Shown here piece after piece: positions 40,046 through 50,283 of a stretch of 64,000 nucleotides of DNA (within the stretch, counting starts at the first letter, position 1; each line of letters opens with the position of its first letter). The position numbers and the translations under genes were made by a program. Source of the DNA: Prochlorococcus sp. AG-347-K20 (lineage in GTDB: Bacteria > Cyanobacteriota > Cyanobacteriia > PCC-6307 > Cyanobiaceae); NCBI GenBank assembly GCA_003281315.1, contig QCCH01000005.1, positions 18,603 through 82,602 of the forward strand, written 5' to 3'. The notes under the pieces are model-generated. The model was given only the letters and a program-made list of their open reading frames with translations, ran no database searches and was not told the origin of the DNA.

Positions 40046-40999
40046 TTAAATACCTTCTGCTGCTTGCACTTTTTCTACTTGTTTTTTCTTTAATACTAAA
40101 AGTATTTGTGTTAGGCCTACACCAATGAAGAATGCAATCAATCCAATTACTCTATAAGGGCTCTGAAGTACAACCTCAGCATCTAATTGGCCAAAGCCAC
40201 CAACGTTGGGATCATTAGTAAGAGCTTCACCTGCATTAATTTTGTCTTGTGCTTTTACGATAAGTTGAGGACCAACAGGTACTGCTTCAGTTGTTATCTC
40301 ACCATTATCGTTTTCTATATTGACTTTATAGCTACCATCTTCAATTGTTTCTATTGAATTAATAGTTCCTGAGGTGGAAGAAGTGAAAACTACATTATTG
40401 CTTTTGTCTCCAGTTGGATATACCTGACCTCTACCTCTATTGCCTCCGATATGTAACGAGTATTTCCCGTAGTGATATTCTTTATTAGTGGATGGATCAG
40501 GAGAAAGTACTGGGAAAACAATTTCTTTATTGGTATCCCCAGGTAGAGGTCCAACAATGATGATATTATCTTTCTCTTCACTGTAATTAGTAAAATATAC
40601 CCCTTCAGTCTCCTCTTTGATTTCTTCGGTCCATCTTTCTTGTGGAGCAAGTTTAAAGCCATCAGGCAGCATTACAACTGCACCAACTTGTAATGGGACT
40701 TCTGAACCATCAGCCCCGATCTCTTTTAGGTCATCTTTGTAGGGAATTTTAACTATAGCTTTGAAAACACTGTCTGCTCCAACAGATTGTGGAACCTCTG
40801 CAATAGTAGGCATCTGAGCTAGATGACAATTTGCACAGACTATCTTTCCTGTGGCTTCTCTTGGGGATTCATAGTTTTGCTGAGCCCAAAATGGATAAGC
40901 AAAAGTGATCTTTGGGTAAAATACAATGCTCGAAATGAAAAGCAGAGTAAAGATAAATAAACTTGTTTTTTTCATGATTTGATTTTTAAGACCTTTCAT
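40046..40999 (-). CDS. petA: Apocytochrome f
   Basis: Mature N-terminus [27 protein letters not shown] (heme CxxCH); start set at the first ATG after the petC stop (alternative ATG at 40975); the ORF-track extension to 41089 overlaps petC. Confidence 0.9.
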   Translation of the reverse strand: MKGLKNQIMKKTSLFIFTLLFISSIVFYPKITFAYPFWAQQNYESPREATGKIVCANCHLAQMPTIAEVPQSVGADSVFKAIVKIPYKDDLKEIGADGSEVPLQVGAVVMLPDGFKLAPQERWTEEIKEETEGVYFTNYSEEKDNIIIVGPLPGDTNKEIVFPVLSPDPSTNKEYHYGKYSLHIGGNRGRGQVYPTGDKSNNVVFTSSTSGTINSIETIEDGSYKVNIENDNGEITTEAVPVGPQLIVKAQDKINAGEALTNDPNVGGFGQLDAEVVLQSPYRVIGLIAFFIGVGLTQILLVLKKKQVEKVQAAEGI

Positions 41000-41003
41000 T
41001 TTG

Positions 41004-41540
41004 TTATGCCCACCATGGATTTTCATTAGTTCTAAAGTCAGTTTCTGACCATTGTTTGACGAGTACAGCATCATCTTCAATATCGACATGAGCTAGAGCT
41101 AAAGATAAAGGAGCAGGCCCTCTTACTACCTTCCCATTCGTATCGTACTGACTTCCATGACAAGGACATATAAATTTATTAGCACCACTATCCCATGGGA
41201 CAACGCAACCTAAATGAGTACAAATTGCATTTAAACCAAATTCTCCTATTTCACCACCCTCATTAACTATTAAATAAGTTGGATCTCCTTTTAGGCCCTG
41301 CACTAGACTTCTGTCTCCTGCTTGATGGGTAGCTAACCAACCTGTCTTAGTTACTGGATTCCCTAATTCATCTTTAGCAGAAGTTCCACCTCCACCGCCG
41401 CCTGCTCTTAAAGGCATGAAATAATTAGCTACAGGGTAAAGGGCTCCTAGCGCTACACCAGTTGCAGTACCAAATGTAAGAAGATTCATAAATTGCCTTC
41501 GACCCATTGAAGGGACATCATTGGAACTTAATTGAGTCAT
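41004..41540 (-). CDS. petC: Cytochrome b6-f Rieske iron-sulfur subunit
   Basis: [10 protein letters not shown] and CPCHGSQY Rieske boxes. Confidence 0.95.
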   Translation of the reverse strand: MTQLSSNDVPSMGRRQFMNLLTFGTATGVALGALYPVANYFMPLRAGGGGGGTSAKDELGNPVTKTGWLATHQAGDRSLVQGLKGDPTYLIVNEGGEIGEFGLNAICTHLGCVVPWDSGANKFICPCHGSQYDTNGKVVRGPAPLSLALAHVDIEDDAVLVKQWSETDFRTNENPWWA

Positions 41541-41663
41541 TCGCTACTTGGTTCTGTTATTTATTAGTTATTATGAATCAAATTGTTCAATTTCTGTTGC
41601 AAATAGATAGGACTTTTAATAATTTAAAGTAAAAGTTTAGGAAGTCTTAATTAATTGATTTAA

Positions 41664-41981
41664 ATGAATCCATTACTAGTTGATGAAGTAATACATTATT
41701 TGATTTATCGCTGGGGGAAAAAGTATGATTTTAGACTCTTTAGAAGAGGAAAATTTGTCTATTTTCAAATGATGTGGGGATTTCTTGGACAGGAATCATT
41801 CCCTTTAAGTGAAGATGAATATAAAAAATCGATAGCTGATAAAATCGAGATTTTAAATAGATGTGGATATTCAGAAGAAGTAAGGGAATGGCTAAAGAAA
41901 GTCAATGCTAGGCCAAGGTTAGGTAGAGCTGTCAGCTTGCAACTAAATCTTAATGAGAAGATGAAAGAGTTTTTGACTTAA
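41664..41981 (+). CDS. Conserved hypothetical protein (105 aa; possibly DUF3067-like, memory only)
   Basis: ATG ORF of typical composition; 3' end overlaps the tatC 3' end. Confidence 0.5.
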   Translation: MNPLLVDEVIHYLIYRWGKKYDFRLFRRGKFVYFQMMWGFLGQESFPLSEDEYKKSIADKIEILNRCGYSEEVREWLKKVNARPRLGRAVSLQLNLNEKMKEFLT

Positions 41982-42708
41982 GATTTTCTGATAAGTAAGT
42001 TAATCCAGTACCCACAAAAAATAAAAACACAATCGATATAGATAGCAATGACATTGTTAATGGGTCTGTTGAAGGGGTAATCACTGCAGATAATATCGCG
42101 GAGGAAATTACAACTATCTTCCAATTCGAGATCATTTTTTCTGTTGTGATTATTCCAAGAGAACCAAGAATAAATTGTAATACTGGCAATTGAAAAGCTA
42201 TTGCAGTGCTGGACATTAATAAGAGAACAAAATCAAAATATCTTTCTATAGACCAAGTTGGTTCAACAATATCAGCACCGAAACTAATGAAGAAATTTAT
42301 TGCTGCAGGGACTAATATCCACCATGAAAAAATTAATCCTAAAAAAAACATAAGACCTGAACCAAAAACTGCGGGCAAGATAAGGCTTTTTTCTTGTTTT
42401 GTTAGACCAGGAGAAATGAATAATATTATTTGATAAAAAATATAAGGCATAGAAACTATGAATCCGCTGTAACCTGCAACTTTAATAGCGACAAATAAAA
42501 ACTCTCCTGGAGCAAGTTGTAGTAAATGAATATCACCAGCTGGAATTTCTAAAAAAGATATTAATGGCTTTATGATGAGAAAACTAAAGAATATTGAAAT
42601 AAGTATTGAGTAAATTGAGTTTAGTATCCTTTGACGAAGCTCCTCTAAATGATCACTAAAAGTCATCGAATCTGATAATTTATTTTCACTTTGACCTGTA
42701 CCTCTCAT
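41950..42708 (-). CDS. tatC: Twin-arginine translocase subunit TatC
   Basis: SDHLEELRQRI N-terminus, 6 TM segments, TPSTDP motif. Confidence 0.9.
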   Translation of the reverse strand: MRGTGQSENKLSDSMTFSDHLEELRQRILNSIYSILISIFFSFLIIKPLISFLEIPAGDIHLLQLAPGEFLFVAIKVAGYSGFIVSMPYIFYQIILFISPGLTKQEKSLILPAVFGSGLMFFLGLIFSWWILVPAAINFFISFGADIVEPTWSIERYFDFVLLLMSSTAIAFQLPVLQFILGSLGIITTEKMISNWKIVVISSAILSAVITPSTDPLTMSLLSISIVFLFFVGTGLTYLSENLKSKTLSSSH

Positions 42709-42788
42709 TATTATTCGATAAAGATTGTGTAAGAAAAAGGTTTTAAACTACTATTGTCAAAGTCCAAGTTAATTTTCGATAAACTTAA

Positions 42789-43049
42789 TTATTTGCTTAA
42801 TTTAGGATTAGTTGGATCTGGTAATAAGAAAGGAGGGGCATCATTTAAAGATGATTCACCATAAGTTTCATATTCTCTATATCCACCCATTTTCCCATTT
42901 GTTTTCATTAAAGCGCTTACGAAAGCAAGTAGTAAGAAAACAGTAGGAGCTCCAATTATTAATGCAGCACCAAATAGATATCCAACAATAAATTCCGGAA
43001 AACTATGATTTCCTAAAAATTCATGAGTGCCCAAAAGAAAATCAAACAT
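42789..43049 (-). CDS. Hypothetical membrane protein (86 aa)
   Basis: ATG ORF with one long hydrophobic segment; no family recognised. Confidence 0.4.
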   Translation of the reverse strand: MFDFLLGTHEFLGNHSFPEFIVGYLFGAALIIGAPTVFLLLAFVSALMKTNGKMGGYREYETYGESSLNDAPPFLLPDPTNPKLSK

Positions 43050-43078
43050 TTAGATTTAAAGATTTTTTTTATTATAAA

Positions 43079-44803
43079 CTAAATTACTGTTTTAAGATTT
43101 TTTTTAATGTAATCTTCTCCTCTTGTAGGATTTCCCCAAATAATTTCTCCATTTTTAAAGGAAACGCAACCCGGTCCTCCGTTTTTGATTTTTTGCAAAT
43201 CTTTAACCTTTACTAAGTTAATTGGAACTTTAATGTTTCTTTTTGCCTTACTAAATAAAGCAGCTAAATCTGCAGCTATTTGAAGATCTTGTTCAGATGC
43301 TACTTGAGATGAAGACTTCAAAACTACATGACTGCCTGGTGATTCCTGAGCATGAAACCACAAATCGCCTTTTTTTGAGAACTTAAAGCTTATTAAATCA
43401 TTTTGCCTCATATTTCGGCCTACCTGAAGCTTCAATCCTGTGGGAGTGTTAACTTGAATTGGTGAAGATTCTATCTCATATGTACTTTTTTGATCTTCTC
43501 TTCGCTTCTTGATTTTGATATTAAACTCGTTACAAATTTCTTCCATAATTTCTTCTAGTAGTTTGATTCTCATAAAAAGTTTTTCATGATTTAAAGAATT
43601 TAAATTTTCTAGAAGAGTAGTGAATTCATCCAATCTCTCTATATTTGTTTTGTAAATACTTAATCTTCCTTTAATTAAATCTCTAGATCTCTTGAGTTTT
43701 TTTGACTTTTTATATAGTTTTTGTCCTTTTATAATATCTTGTTTTTTAATTTCATTTGAAGTAAATATATTATCAGCTTTTTCTTTATATACCTCGTAGT
43801 TTTCTGATTTTGTCAGAAGATCATATTGAATATTTAAATTCTTTTTCTCAGTATTGGTCTGTTTAAAAATTATCCCTTCAATTTTCTTTTCCAATAATTC
43901 AAGTTTTTTTTGTTTTAGATGATAATCATAATAATTCTCTAAACTGGTGCATAAATCTATTTTATTTTCGTAATTAATTTCCTTATCAAAAAACCAAACG
44001 CAATAAAAATCTTTGTTAAATGTAGAAAAGTTAAAGTTATTGTTTTTAAACCTGTTTATCCAAATCTTCCAATTTTTAAATATCTCCTTTAAGTCAGAAT
44101 CGCTAATGAAATCAATATTTTTTCCCATTATTTCAGAATTAACAGTTTCACTAATAACCTCTAATTGTTTTGTGAGGATAGGGCTAACTCCTTGATAGGT
44201 ATTTATTAAACAGTATTTCAAAGATTCAGGTACTATCGAAATTGAGTCTTTCCATGATTGAAAAGACTCATCTTCTCTAGGTTGTTTTTTGAGATTGACT
44301 GGAGGGCCAGAATAAATTGATCCTGTTGAAATTGTTCTAAAACTAGATTGACTTGATTTAATTTGTTTACCAACGGCAATTATTTTACGTTTATTATCCA
44401 AATAAAAAATATTACTATGTTTTCCCATTAATTCAAAAATTAAATACTTATTAATTTCATCTCCAGGTTTTTTCGCAAAACTAAATTTTATAACTCTCTC
44501 GAAATCATCTTGATCAATCGAAATTAAAGCCATATACTTTAACCCGTATCTTATTTGTTTAGAAAGTGTGCTTTCTCTCCCAATCTTTTCTGGCTTGTTT
44601 ATCTTTAGTATTCTTGGAGAGTCTCCATTCCATGAAACTTCTAACCATGTTTGAGAATCAACTCCTCTGAAACATAATTGAATTGTATTAGGCTCTGGTT
44701 GTTGGGCAGTCTCAAACTTTGTAGGTAAGATGTTCTTTGTCAAATAATGCAAGACAGATCTAATAGATGTAATATCCATTATCTGTGGAACACCTTTTTG
44801 CAT
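43079..44803 (-). CDS. NFACT-family protein (FbpA/RqcH-like ribosome quality-control factor)
   Basis: NFACT-N (MGKHSNIFYLD), long coiled-coil middle, C-terminal NFACT-R/DUF814 (WFHAQESPGSHVVLK). Confidence 0.7.
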   Translation of the reverse strand: MQKGVPQIMDITSIRSVLHYLTKNILPTKFETAQQPEPNTIQLCFRGVDSQTWLEVSWNGDSPRILKINKPEKIGRESTLSKQIRYGLKYMALISIDQDDFERVIKFSFAKKPGDEINKYLIFELMGKHSNIFYLDNKRKIIAVGKQIKSSQSSFRTISTGSIYSGPPVNLKKQPREDESFQSWKDSISIVPESLKYCLINTYQGVSPILTKQLEVISETVNSEIMGKNIDFISDSDLKEIFKNWKIWINRFKNNNFNFSTFNKDFYCVWFFDKEINYENKIDLCTSLENYYDYHLKQKKLELLEKKIEGIIFKQTNTEKKNLNIQYDLLTKSENYEVYKEKADNIFTSNEIKKQDIIKGQKLYKKSKKLKRSRDLIKGRLSIYKTNIERLDEFTTLLENLNSLNHEKLFMRIKLLEEIMEEICNEFNIKIKKRREDQKSTYEIESSPIQVNTPTGLKLQVGRNMRQNDLISFKFSKKGDLWFHAQESPGSHVVLKSSSQVASEQDLQIAADLAALFSKAKRNIKVPINLVKVKDLQKIKNGGPGCVSFKNGEIIWGNPTRGEDYIKKNLKTVI

Positions 44804-44852
44804 TATTCCTTTTTAATTCACAAGATTTTTATTTTACTGTAAAAAATTTAAT

Positions 44853-45407
44853 ATGAAAAATCAAAAAAAACTTATTATCCTTACTGGACCCAGCGGAGTA
44901 GGTAAAGGAACAGTTGTTAAAGAAATATTAGGTAAAGAAAAAAATTTTTGGCTTTCAATATCTGCAACTACTAGAGAACCTAGAGAGGGAGAGAAGGAGG
45001 GAGGAAATTACTACTTCTTAAATCAAGAAAAGTTTAAAGAAATGATTGAACAAAACCTGTTTCTTGAATGGGCTCAATTCGCTGGAAACTACTATGGAAC
45101 CCCTTTGTCTTCTGTTAATGAGAAAATAAAAAAAGGATTTACAGTACTTCTTGAAATTGAAGTAGAGGGTGCAAGGCAAATAAAAAATAAGTTTCCTAAT
45201 TCACTGTCAATATTTTTACTTCCTCCGGATAAAGAAGAGTTAGAGAGAAGAATAAGAAATAGAGGTACAGAAAACGAAGAGGCAATTAAAAAAAGACTCG
45301 TAAGGGCTAATTATGAGATTTCAGTATCAAATCAATTCGATTTTGTATTAACAAATAACAATGTTGATGAAACAGCAAAAAAAATAATCAAGTTAATAAA
45401 AACTTGA
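44853..45407 (+). CDS. gmk: Guanylate kinase
   Basis: P-loop GPSGVGKGT, TTREPREGE, EWAQFAGNYYGT. Confidence 0.9.
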   Translation: MKNQKKLIILTGPSGVGKGTVVKEILGKEKNFWLSISATTREPREGEKEGGNYYFLNQEKFKEMIEQNLFLEWAQFAGNYYGTPLSSVNEKIKKGFTVLLEIEVEGARQIKNKFPNSLSIFLLPPDKEELERRIRNRGTENEEAIKKRLVRANYEISVSNQFDFVLTNNNVDETAKKIIKLIKT

Positions 45408-45421
45408 TTATTTTCTCTTTA

Positions 45422-45556
45422 TCAACTCATTGGATGGAATAATAAATCTGGGAAAAACCTATTAAATTCAATAATTATTCCAGCTGTAAGGCTTAGCCAA
45501 ATTGCTGCCACCACTGGAGCAGATCTGACAAATTTTGTATTTAGGATTTTGAACAT
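45422..45556 (-). CDS. psaJ: Photosystem I subunit IX (44 aa), not in ORF track
   Basis: Hand translation [44 protein letters not shown]; canonical PsaJ motif; 29 nt downstream of psaF on the same strand. Confidence 0.9.
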   Translation of the reverse strand: MFKILNTKFVRSAPVVAAIWLSLTAGIIIEFNRFFPDLLFHPMS

Positions 45557-45585
45557 TTGTTTAATAAAAGTTTGTTTAAGGATGT

Positions 45586-46149
45586 TTAGCGAGGACCATT
45601 AAGTGTAATATTGTTATCTTTCTCTCTTAAATCTCCATTTCTACCTTGCTTATTAGCAAGAAGAGGCCATTGCGCTCCTTTTACAAGACATTTCCTGGCT
45701 AAGTCCAGGTCAATAATTATCTCAAGATCTGCTGGATTCTTAGTTTTTTTAGATTCAATGAGATACTCTCTCCCTGACCAACCTATAATTCCAGCAATGT
45801 AAATGAACAATACTCCGGGAATAAGTAAATCTCCTTCATGACCTCTATTTAAAAGGGCTCCCCATGGCTCTAGAGGAGGTCCAATTATTAAATGTGGAAG
45901 ACCATCATCTCCGCATGATGCTTTTCCATATCTTTCAAATCTTGCGATGTCTTTTTGAGTAGTTGCAGAATTTGCTCTCTCAATGAATTTAGGATTCTCA
46001 GAGCATTTTGTGAGGGCTGAAGCAGTATATTCTGTGCTAGCTCTATCTGCGTTTAAGGTAGGCCCATTTGCAGCTAGAGCAATTGGAGTAATTCCGAGAA
46101 ACAGAAAAACTGAGGTTATGATTGAAAAAAAGAATTTCATAAGTTGCAA
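45586..46149 (-). CDS. psaF: Photosystem I subunit III
   Basis: Signal peptide plus PsaF sequence ([26 protein letters not shown]). Confidence 0.9.
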   Translation of the reverse strand: MQLMKFFFSIITSVFLFLGITPIALAANGPTLNADRASTEYTASALTKCSENPKFIERANSATTQKDIARFERYGKASCGDDGLPHLIIGPPLEPWGALLNRGHEGDLLIPGVLFIYIAGIIGWSGREYLIESKKTKNPADLEIIIDLDLARKCLVKGAQWPLLANKQGRNGDLREKDNNITLNGPR

Positions 46150-46214
46150 TCTTTAATTCCCTATAGTGTGTTAAGTAAGAAATTAATATTAAAATAAAAC
46201 AAGTTGAATCAAAA

Positions 46215-47285
46215 ATGCATAAAGTTTTAGCTATTGAAACAAGTTGTGATGAGACATCTGTCTCAATAGTTTCTAATATTGGCGATACTTTCAGAATACA
46301 TTCAAATATAATTGCCTCTCAGATTGAAGATCATTCAAAATGGGGAGGAGTTGTGCCTGAACTTGCAGCTAGAAAGCATTTAGAGTTATTACCTTTTGTT
46401 TTAGATAAGGCTCTAGAAGAATCAAAAATTAAAATTGAGGAAGTCGATTATATTGCGTCAACTGTAGCTCCTGGATTAGTTGGTTGTTTACGAGTTGGTT
46501 CTATAACTGCAAGATCACTTTGCATGTTACATTCAAAACCATTTTTGGGAATTCATCATTTGGAGGGGCATTTATCTTCAATTCTATTTTCAGAAAACTA
46601 TCCAAAGAAATCTTTTCTTACATTACTTGTTAGCGGCGGGCATACTGAATTGATAAAGGTTGATGATAGAAGGGGGATGCAAAGACTCGGGAAAAGTTTT
46701 GATGATGCTGCTGGAGAAGCCTTTGATAAAGTTGGCAGACTATTAGGTCTTAGTTATCCAGGAGGACCGGCAATTGAAAAGATAGCTAAAAATGGGGACC
46801 CAATGAAATTTAATTTACCAAAATGTAAGATCTCTGATAAAAAAGGTGGATTTCTTAAATATGATTTCTCTTTTAGTGGTCTAAAAACTGCCGTATTAAG
46901 ATTAGTTGAGAGAATAAATTTGGATGGGAAGACCGTTCCAATTCCAGATATTGCTGCAAGTTTTGAGAGAGTAGTGGCAGAGGTCTTGGTAGAGAGAACA
47001 ATAAAATGTGCAGAAGATCATAGCTTGGATAATGTTGTCGTGGTTGGGGGAGTTGCTGCTAACAATACATTAAGAAAAATGATGATTAGTGAAGCTAGTA
47101 AAAAATCTATTAAAGTTCATTTAGCTCCTCGTGATCTTTGTACAGATAATGCGGCAATGATTGGAGCGGCGGCGTTGTTCAGAATCAAATTTAAGGATCA
47201 TTTAAGTTCCCTAAAATTAGGTGTCGCAGGAAGACTATCAATTGAACAAGCAAATACCCTTTATTATGAAAACCCACCTTTCTAA
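46215..47285 (+). CDS. tsaD: tRNA N6-adenosine threonylcarbamoyltransferase
   Basis: LAIETSCDETS, HHLEGH, VSGGHTE motifs. Confidence 0.9.
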   Translation: MHKVLAIETSCDETSVSIVSNIGDTFRIHSNIIASQIEDHSKWGGVVPELAARKHLELLPFVLDKALEESKIKIEEVDYIASTVAPGLVGCLRVGSITARSLCMLHSKPFLGIHHLEGHLSSILFSENYPKKSFLTLLVSGGHTELIKVDDRRGMQRLGKSFDDAAGEAFDKVGRLLGLSYPGGPAIEKIAKNGDPMKFNLPKCKISDKKGGFLKYDFSFSGLKTAVLRLVERINLDGKTVPIPDIAASFERVVAEVLVERTIKCAEDHSLDNVVVVGGVAANNTLRKMMISEASKKSIKVHLAPRDLCTDNAAMIGAAALFRIKFKDHLSSLKLGVAGRLSIEQANTLYYENPPF

Positions 47286-47290
47286 TTTCA

Positions 47291-47467
47291 ATGAACAAAC
47301 AACCTAAAATCGAGATTAAAGAGACAAAAAACTTCGTTGATAAAAAGGAACTGAATTTGTGGAAAAGAGGTTTTACCCCTCAAGCTGAAATATGGAATGG
47401 AAGGATGGCAACTGTTGGTATAGGAATTATTTTTATAATTGTTGCTTTAATAAGCCAGTTTTCTTAA
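47291..47467 (+). CDS. hli: High-light-inducible protein (HLIP, one-helix CAB-like; 58 aa), not in ORF track
   Basis: Hand translation MNKQPKIEIKETKNFVDKKELNLWKRGFTPQAEIWNGRMATVGIGIIFIIVALISQFS; HLIP motif E.WNGR.A..G followed by one TM helix. Confidence 0.85.
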   Translation: MNKQPKIEIKETKNFVDKKELNLWKRGFTPQAEIWNGRMATVGIGIIFIIVALISQFS

Positions 47468-47628
47468 TAGAAATAAAGTTAATTTTCTGAAAAGTAGTTT
47501 TGAAAGTACTTTTAAAATTAATCTTTTTCAGCCGATGAATTTAATTAAAAAGTATTGTATTTATTGGACTTGAGATAAGATTATTGATTTAATCAAAATA
47601 ATGAATATTTTATTATTTATAATTTTAT

Positions 47629-48825
47629 ATGACGCCTGAAAGGCTCGGATTACTTTGGGGGATAACTGTATTTGCAGGTGCTTGTGCTCGATTATTTTCT
47701 TCTTTTACAGGATTCCCAAGTGTTGTTATTTTATTGCTTTCTGGATTATTCATAGGAAGATCAGGATTAGGACTGGTTGAGCCTTTAGATCTCGGGCAAG
47801 GGCTTGAAACTATTGTTGGGCTTTTAGTCTGTTTGGTTCTATTTGAAGGGGGATTAAATTTAAAACTGCCTGAGGGGAATATAAGAAATACTGTTTTGAA
47901 AATTTCATTGGTAAGACTTTTTATTTCATTATCAGCTGGAATTTTTATTGCTCATTGGCTGGCTGGCCTCTCATGGCAAGTCGCAGGAATATATAGTGCC
48001 ATAGTTCTAGCTACTGGACCAACAGTTGTCTCTCCATTAGTAGAACAAATAAAATTAGCTTCCCCACTCTCGGAAGTGTTAAAGGCTGAGGGGTTGTTGC
48101 TGGAACCAATTGGTGCAGTACTAGCACTACTGCTTTTAGAGCTGACTTTAGGGGACCTTCGTGGGATTAAGGATGTATTTATAGCATTAATGCAAAGATT
48201 AGGGGGAGGAGTTTTAATCGGATTAAGTGCAGGATGGTTACTTTCAGAAATTTTAAAAAAAATAAAAAATGAAGCCTCATTTGGTATTGAGCTTCAAGTT
48301 ACACTTGGATTTATTTTCCTTGTGTATGGGATTTGCGAATATTTTTTACCAGAATCAGGCTTGCCGGCTTCTGTCGCGGCAGGTTTTATTGTAGGTAAAA
48401 GAGAAGTTATAGATAAGGAGAGATTGGATAATCTAATAGGTGAATTAGCTCAATTAGCAATTACAGTTCTTTTCCCTCTTTTGGCCGCTGACGTTTCTTG
48501 GGGTGAATTAAGTCCGCTTGGCTGGGGAGGGGTTGTTTGCGTTTTTATGTTGATGGTAATTGTTCGTCCAATCTCTATCTGGATAGCAACAATAGGGAGA
48601 GAATTGAAGTTAAAAGAAAGAATATTTTTAGCCTGGTTAGCCCCAAGAGGTATTGTTACTGCAGCGGTAGCTTCTCTTTTTTCTATCAGATTAGAGCAGG
48701 CAGGTATACTTGGAGCTGGCCGTCTCCAAGGTTTGGTTTTTCTTACTATATTGATGACAGTTGGAATACAAGGTCTCTCGGCTAAACCTTTGGCGAATAG
48801 ACTTGAATTAGGTCAAAAAAAATAA
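47629..48825 (+). CDS. Na+/H+ antiporter, CPA1 (NhaP-like) family
   Basis: 398-aa polytopic protein with cation/H+ exchanger-like sequence (ATGPTVVSPL, LLEPIGAVLALLL, APRGIVTAAVAS). Confidence 0.75.
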   Translation: MTPERLGLLWGITVFAGACARLFSSFTGFPSVVILLLSGLFIGRSGLGLVEPLDLGQGLETIVGLLVCLVLFEGGLNLKLPEGNIRNTVLKISLVRLFISLSAGIFIAHWLAGLSWQVAGIYSAIVLATGPTVVSPLVEQIKLASPLSEVLKAEGLLLEPIGAVLALLLLELTLGDLRGIKDVFIALMQRLGGGVLIGLSAGWLLSEILKKIKNEASFGIELQVTLGFIFLVYGICEYFLPESGLPASVAAGFIVGKREVIDKERLDNLIGELAQLAITVLFPLLAADVSWGELSPLGWGGVVCVFMLMVIVRPISIWIATIGRELKLKERIFLAWLAPRGIVTAAVASLFSIRLEQAGILGAGRLQGLVFLTILMTVGIQGLSAKPLANRLELGQKK

Positions 48826-48826
48826 T

Positions 48827-50266
48827 TTAGATTGATTTAAGACATCTTTCAATACGAGTTCTATCAGTTTTACTCTCTGCGAAAAGCTCCCAACTTTGAA
48901 TTAAATCTGGCCCACTGAGAGATCCAAAAAAAGCTACTCTTAATGATTTCATTAAAATCCCTTTTTTAACATTATGTTTTTTTGAGATTTCGTTTATTAT
49001 TTCTTTGGCTTTCTCTTTATTTAATTTTGTGATGTTTTGCTCAATTAAATAATTTAAGATTAGTTTTAGAGATGCTTTGCTATCCTTGTTCCCCAGAAAA
49101 TCTTGACCTTCTTTTCGAATTTTAGGTATTAAGAAAAAGGGTTTTGATTGATCAACTGAATCTTTTAAAAGCGTCATGGAGTCTCTAAGCAAAATTGCTA
49201 ATTTATAAGCCCATTCTTGAGATGGCGGCACCCAATCATTATCATCCCAGTATTTCCTCATAATCTCACTTAACTTTATTGAATCCATATTTTTTATATA
49301 CTGAGAATTAATCCAGTTAAGTTTTTCCCAATTAAATTTAGCTCCAGCTTTATTTATTTCTGATAAGTCAAAAATTTCAGATATCTCTTTAAGTGAGAGT
49401 ATTTCTCTGTCGGCAGATTTTGGAGACCAACCTAAAAATGCCATATAGTTCGATAAAGCCTCAGGTAAATATCCCATTTCTCTAAATTCGTCGATTGAAG
49501 TAACACAATCTCTCTTAGATAATTTTTTCCCTTCGTTATTTAGTATTAAGGGTGTATGCGAAAAAGTTGGCAAATTAAAATTTAATGCTTTATAAATCAA
49601 TATTTGTTTTGCAGTGTTCGAGATATGGTCTTCACCCCTTACAACATGAGTAATATGCATGAAATTATCATCAACTACAACTGCAAGATTATATAAAGGA
49701 TCTCCAATCTCATATCCCTTAGCCCTTCTTGACAAAACTAAATCACCACCCAAATCCTTCCCTTGCCATTTGATTTCGCCTCTTATCTGATCTACCCATT
49801 TAATTTCAATTTTTTCATCAATCTTAAACCTTATTACTGAAGTCCTTCCATGGGATATGAATGTTTCTATTTCTTCTTTTGAGAGACTTCTGTGTCTATT
49901 ATCATGCTTTGGAGGTAATCCCTTCTTTTTTTGTTCTTCTCTTAATTCGGATATTTCATCTTCTGTTGTAAAGCACCTATATGCAGCTCCACATTCCAAT
50001 AGCTGTTTAATATAACTTTTGTGAATCGAAATTCGGTCACTTTGCTTTATAGGTTCTTCATCCCATTTAAGTCCAAGCCAACTCAAGCCCTCTAGTATAT
50101 TTTTTGTATATTCAGATTTAGATCGAAGAAAATCAGTATCTTCTATTCTGATAAGAAATTTTCCACCTATTTTTTGTGCATACAACCAGTTGAAAAGTGC
50201 TGTTCGCGCTGTCCCAATATGAAATAAACCCGTTGGACTCGGGGCTAGCCTTAAACGTTTTTCCAA
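48827..50266 (-). CDS. gltX: Glutamate--tRNA ligase
   Basis: HIGH-type motif (FHIGTARTA) and KLSKR (KMSKS); TTG start. Confidence 0.95.
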   Translation of the reverse strand: MEKRLRLAPSPTGLFHIGTARTALFNWLYAQKIGGKFLIRIEDTDFLRSKSEYTKNILEGLSWLGLKWDEEPIKQSDRISIHKSYIKQLLECGAAYRCFTTEDEISELREEQKKKGLPPKHDNRHRSLSKEEIETFISHGRTSVIRFKIDEKIEIKWVDQIRGEIKWQGKDLGGDLVLSRRAKGYEIGDPLYNLAVVVDDNFMHITHVVRGEDHISNTAKQILIYKALNFNLPTFSHTPLILNNEGKKLSKRDCVTSIDEFREMGYLPEALSNYMAFLGWSPKSADREILSLKEISEIFDLSEINKAGAKFNWEKLNWINSQYIKNMDSIKLSEIMRKYWDDNDWVPPSQEWAYKLAILLRDSMTLLKDSVDQSKPFFLIPKIRKEGQDFLGNKDSKASLKLILNYLIEQNITKLNKEKAKEIINEISKKHNVKKGILMKSLRVAFFGSLSGPDLIQSWELFAESKTDRTRIERCLKSI

Positions 50267-50283
50267 ATTTCTTTTAGAAAAAA

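Noticed and set aside
41000-41089. N-terminal 30-codon extension of the petA ORF that overlaps petC
   Set aside because: The extension precedes the signal peptide and overlaps the petC 3' end by 86 nt. An ATG at 40999 just after the petC stop gives a normal cytochrome f precursor.
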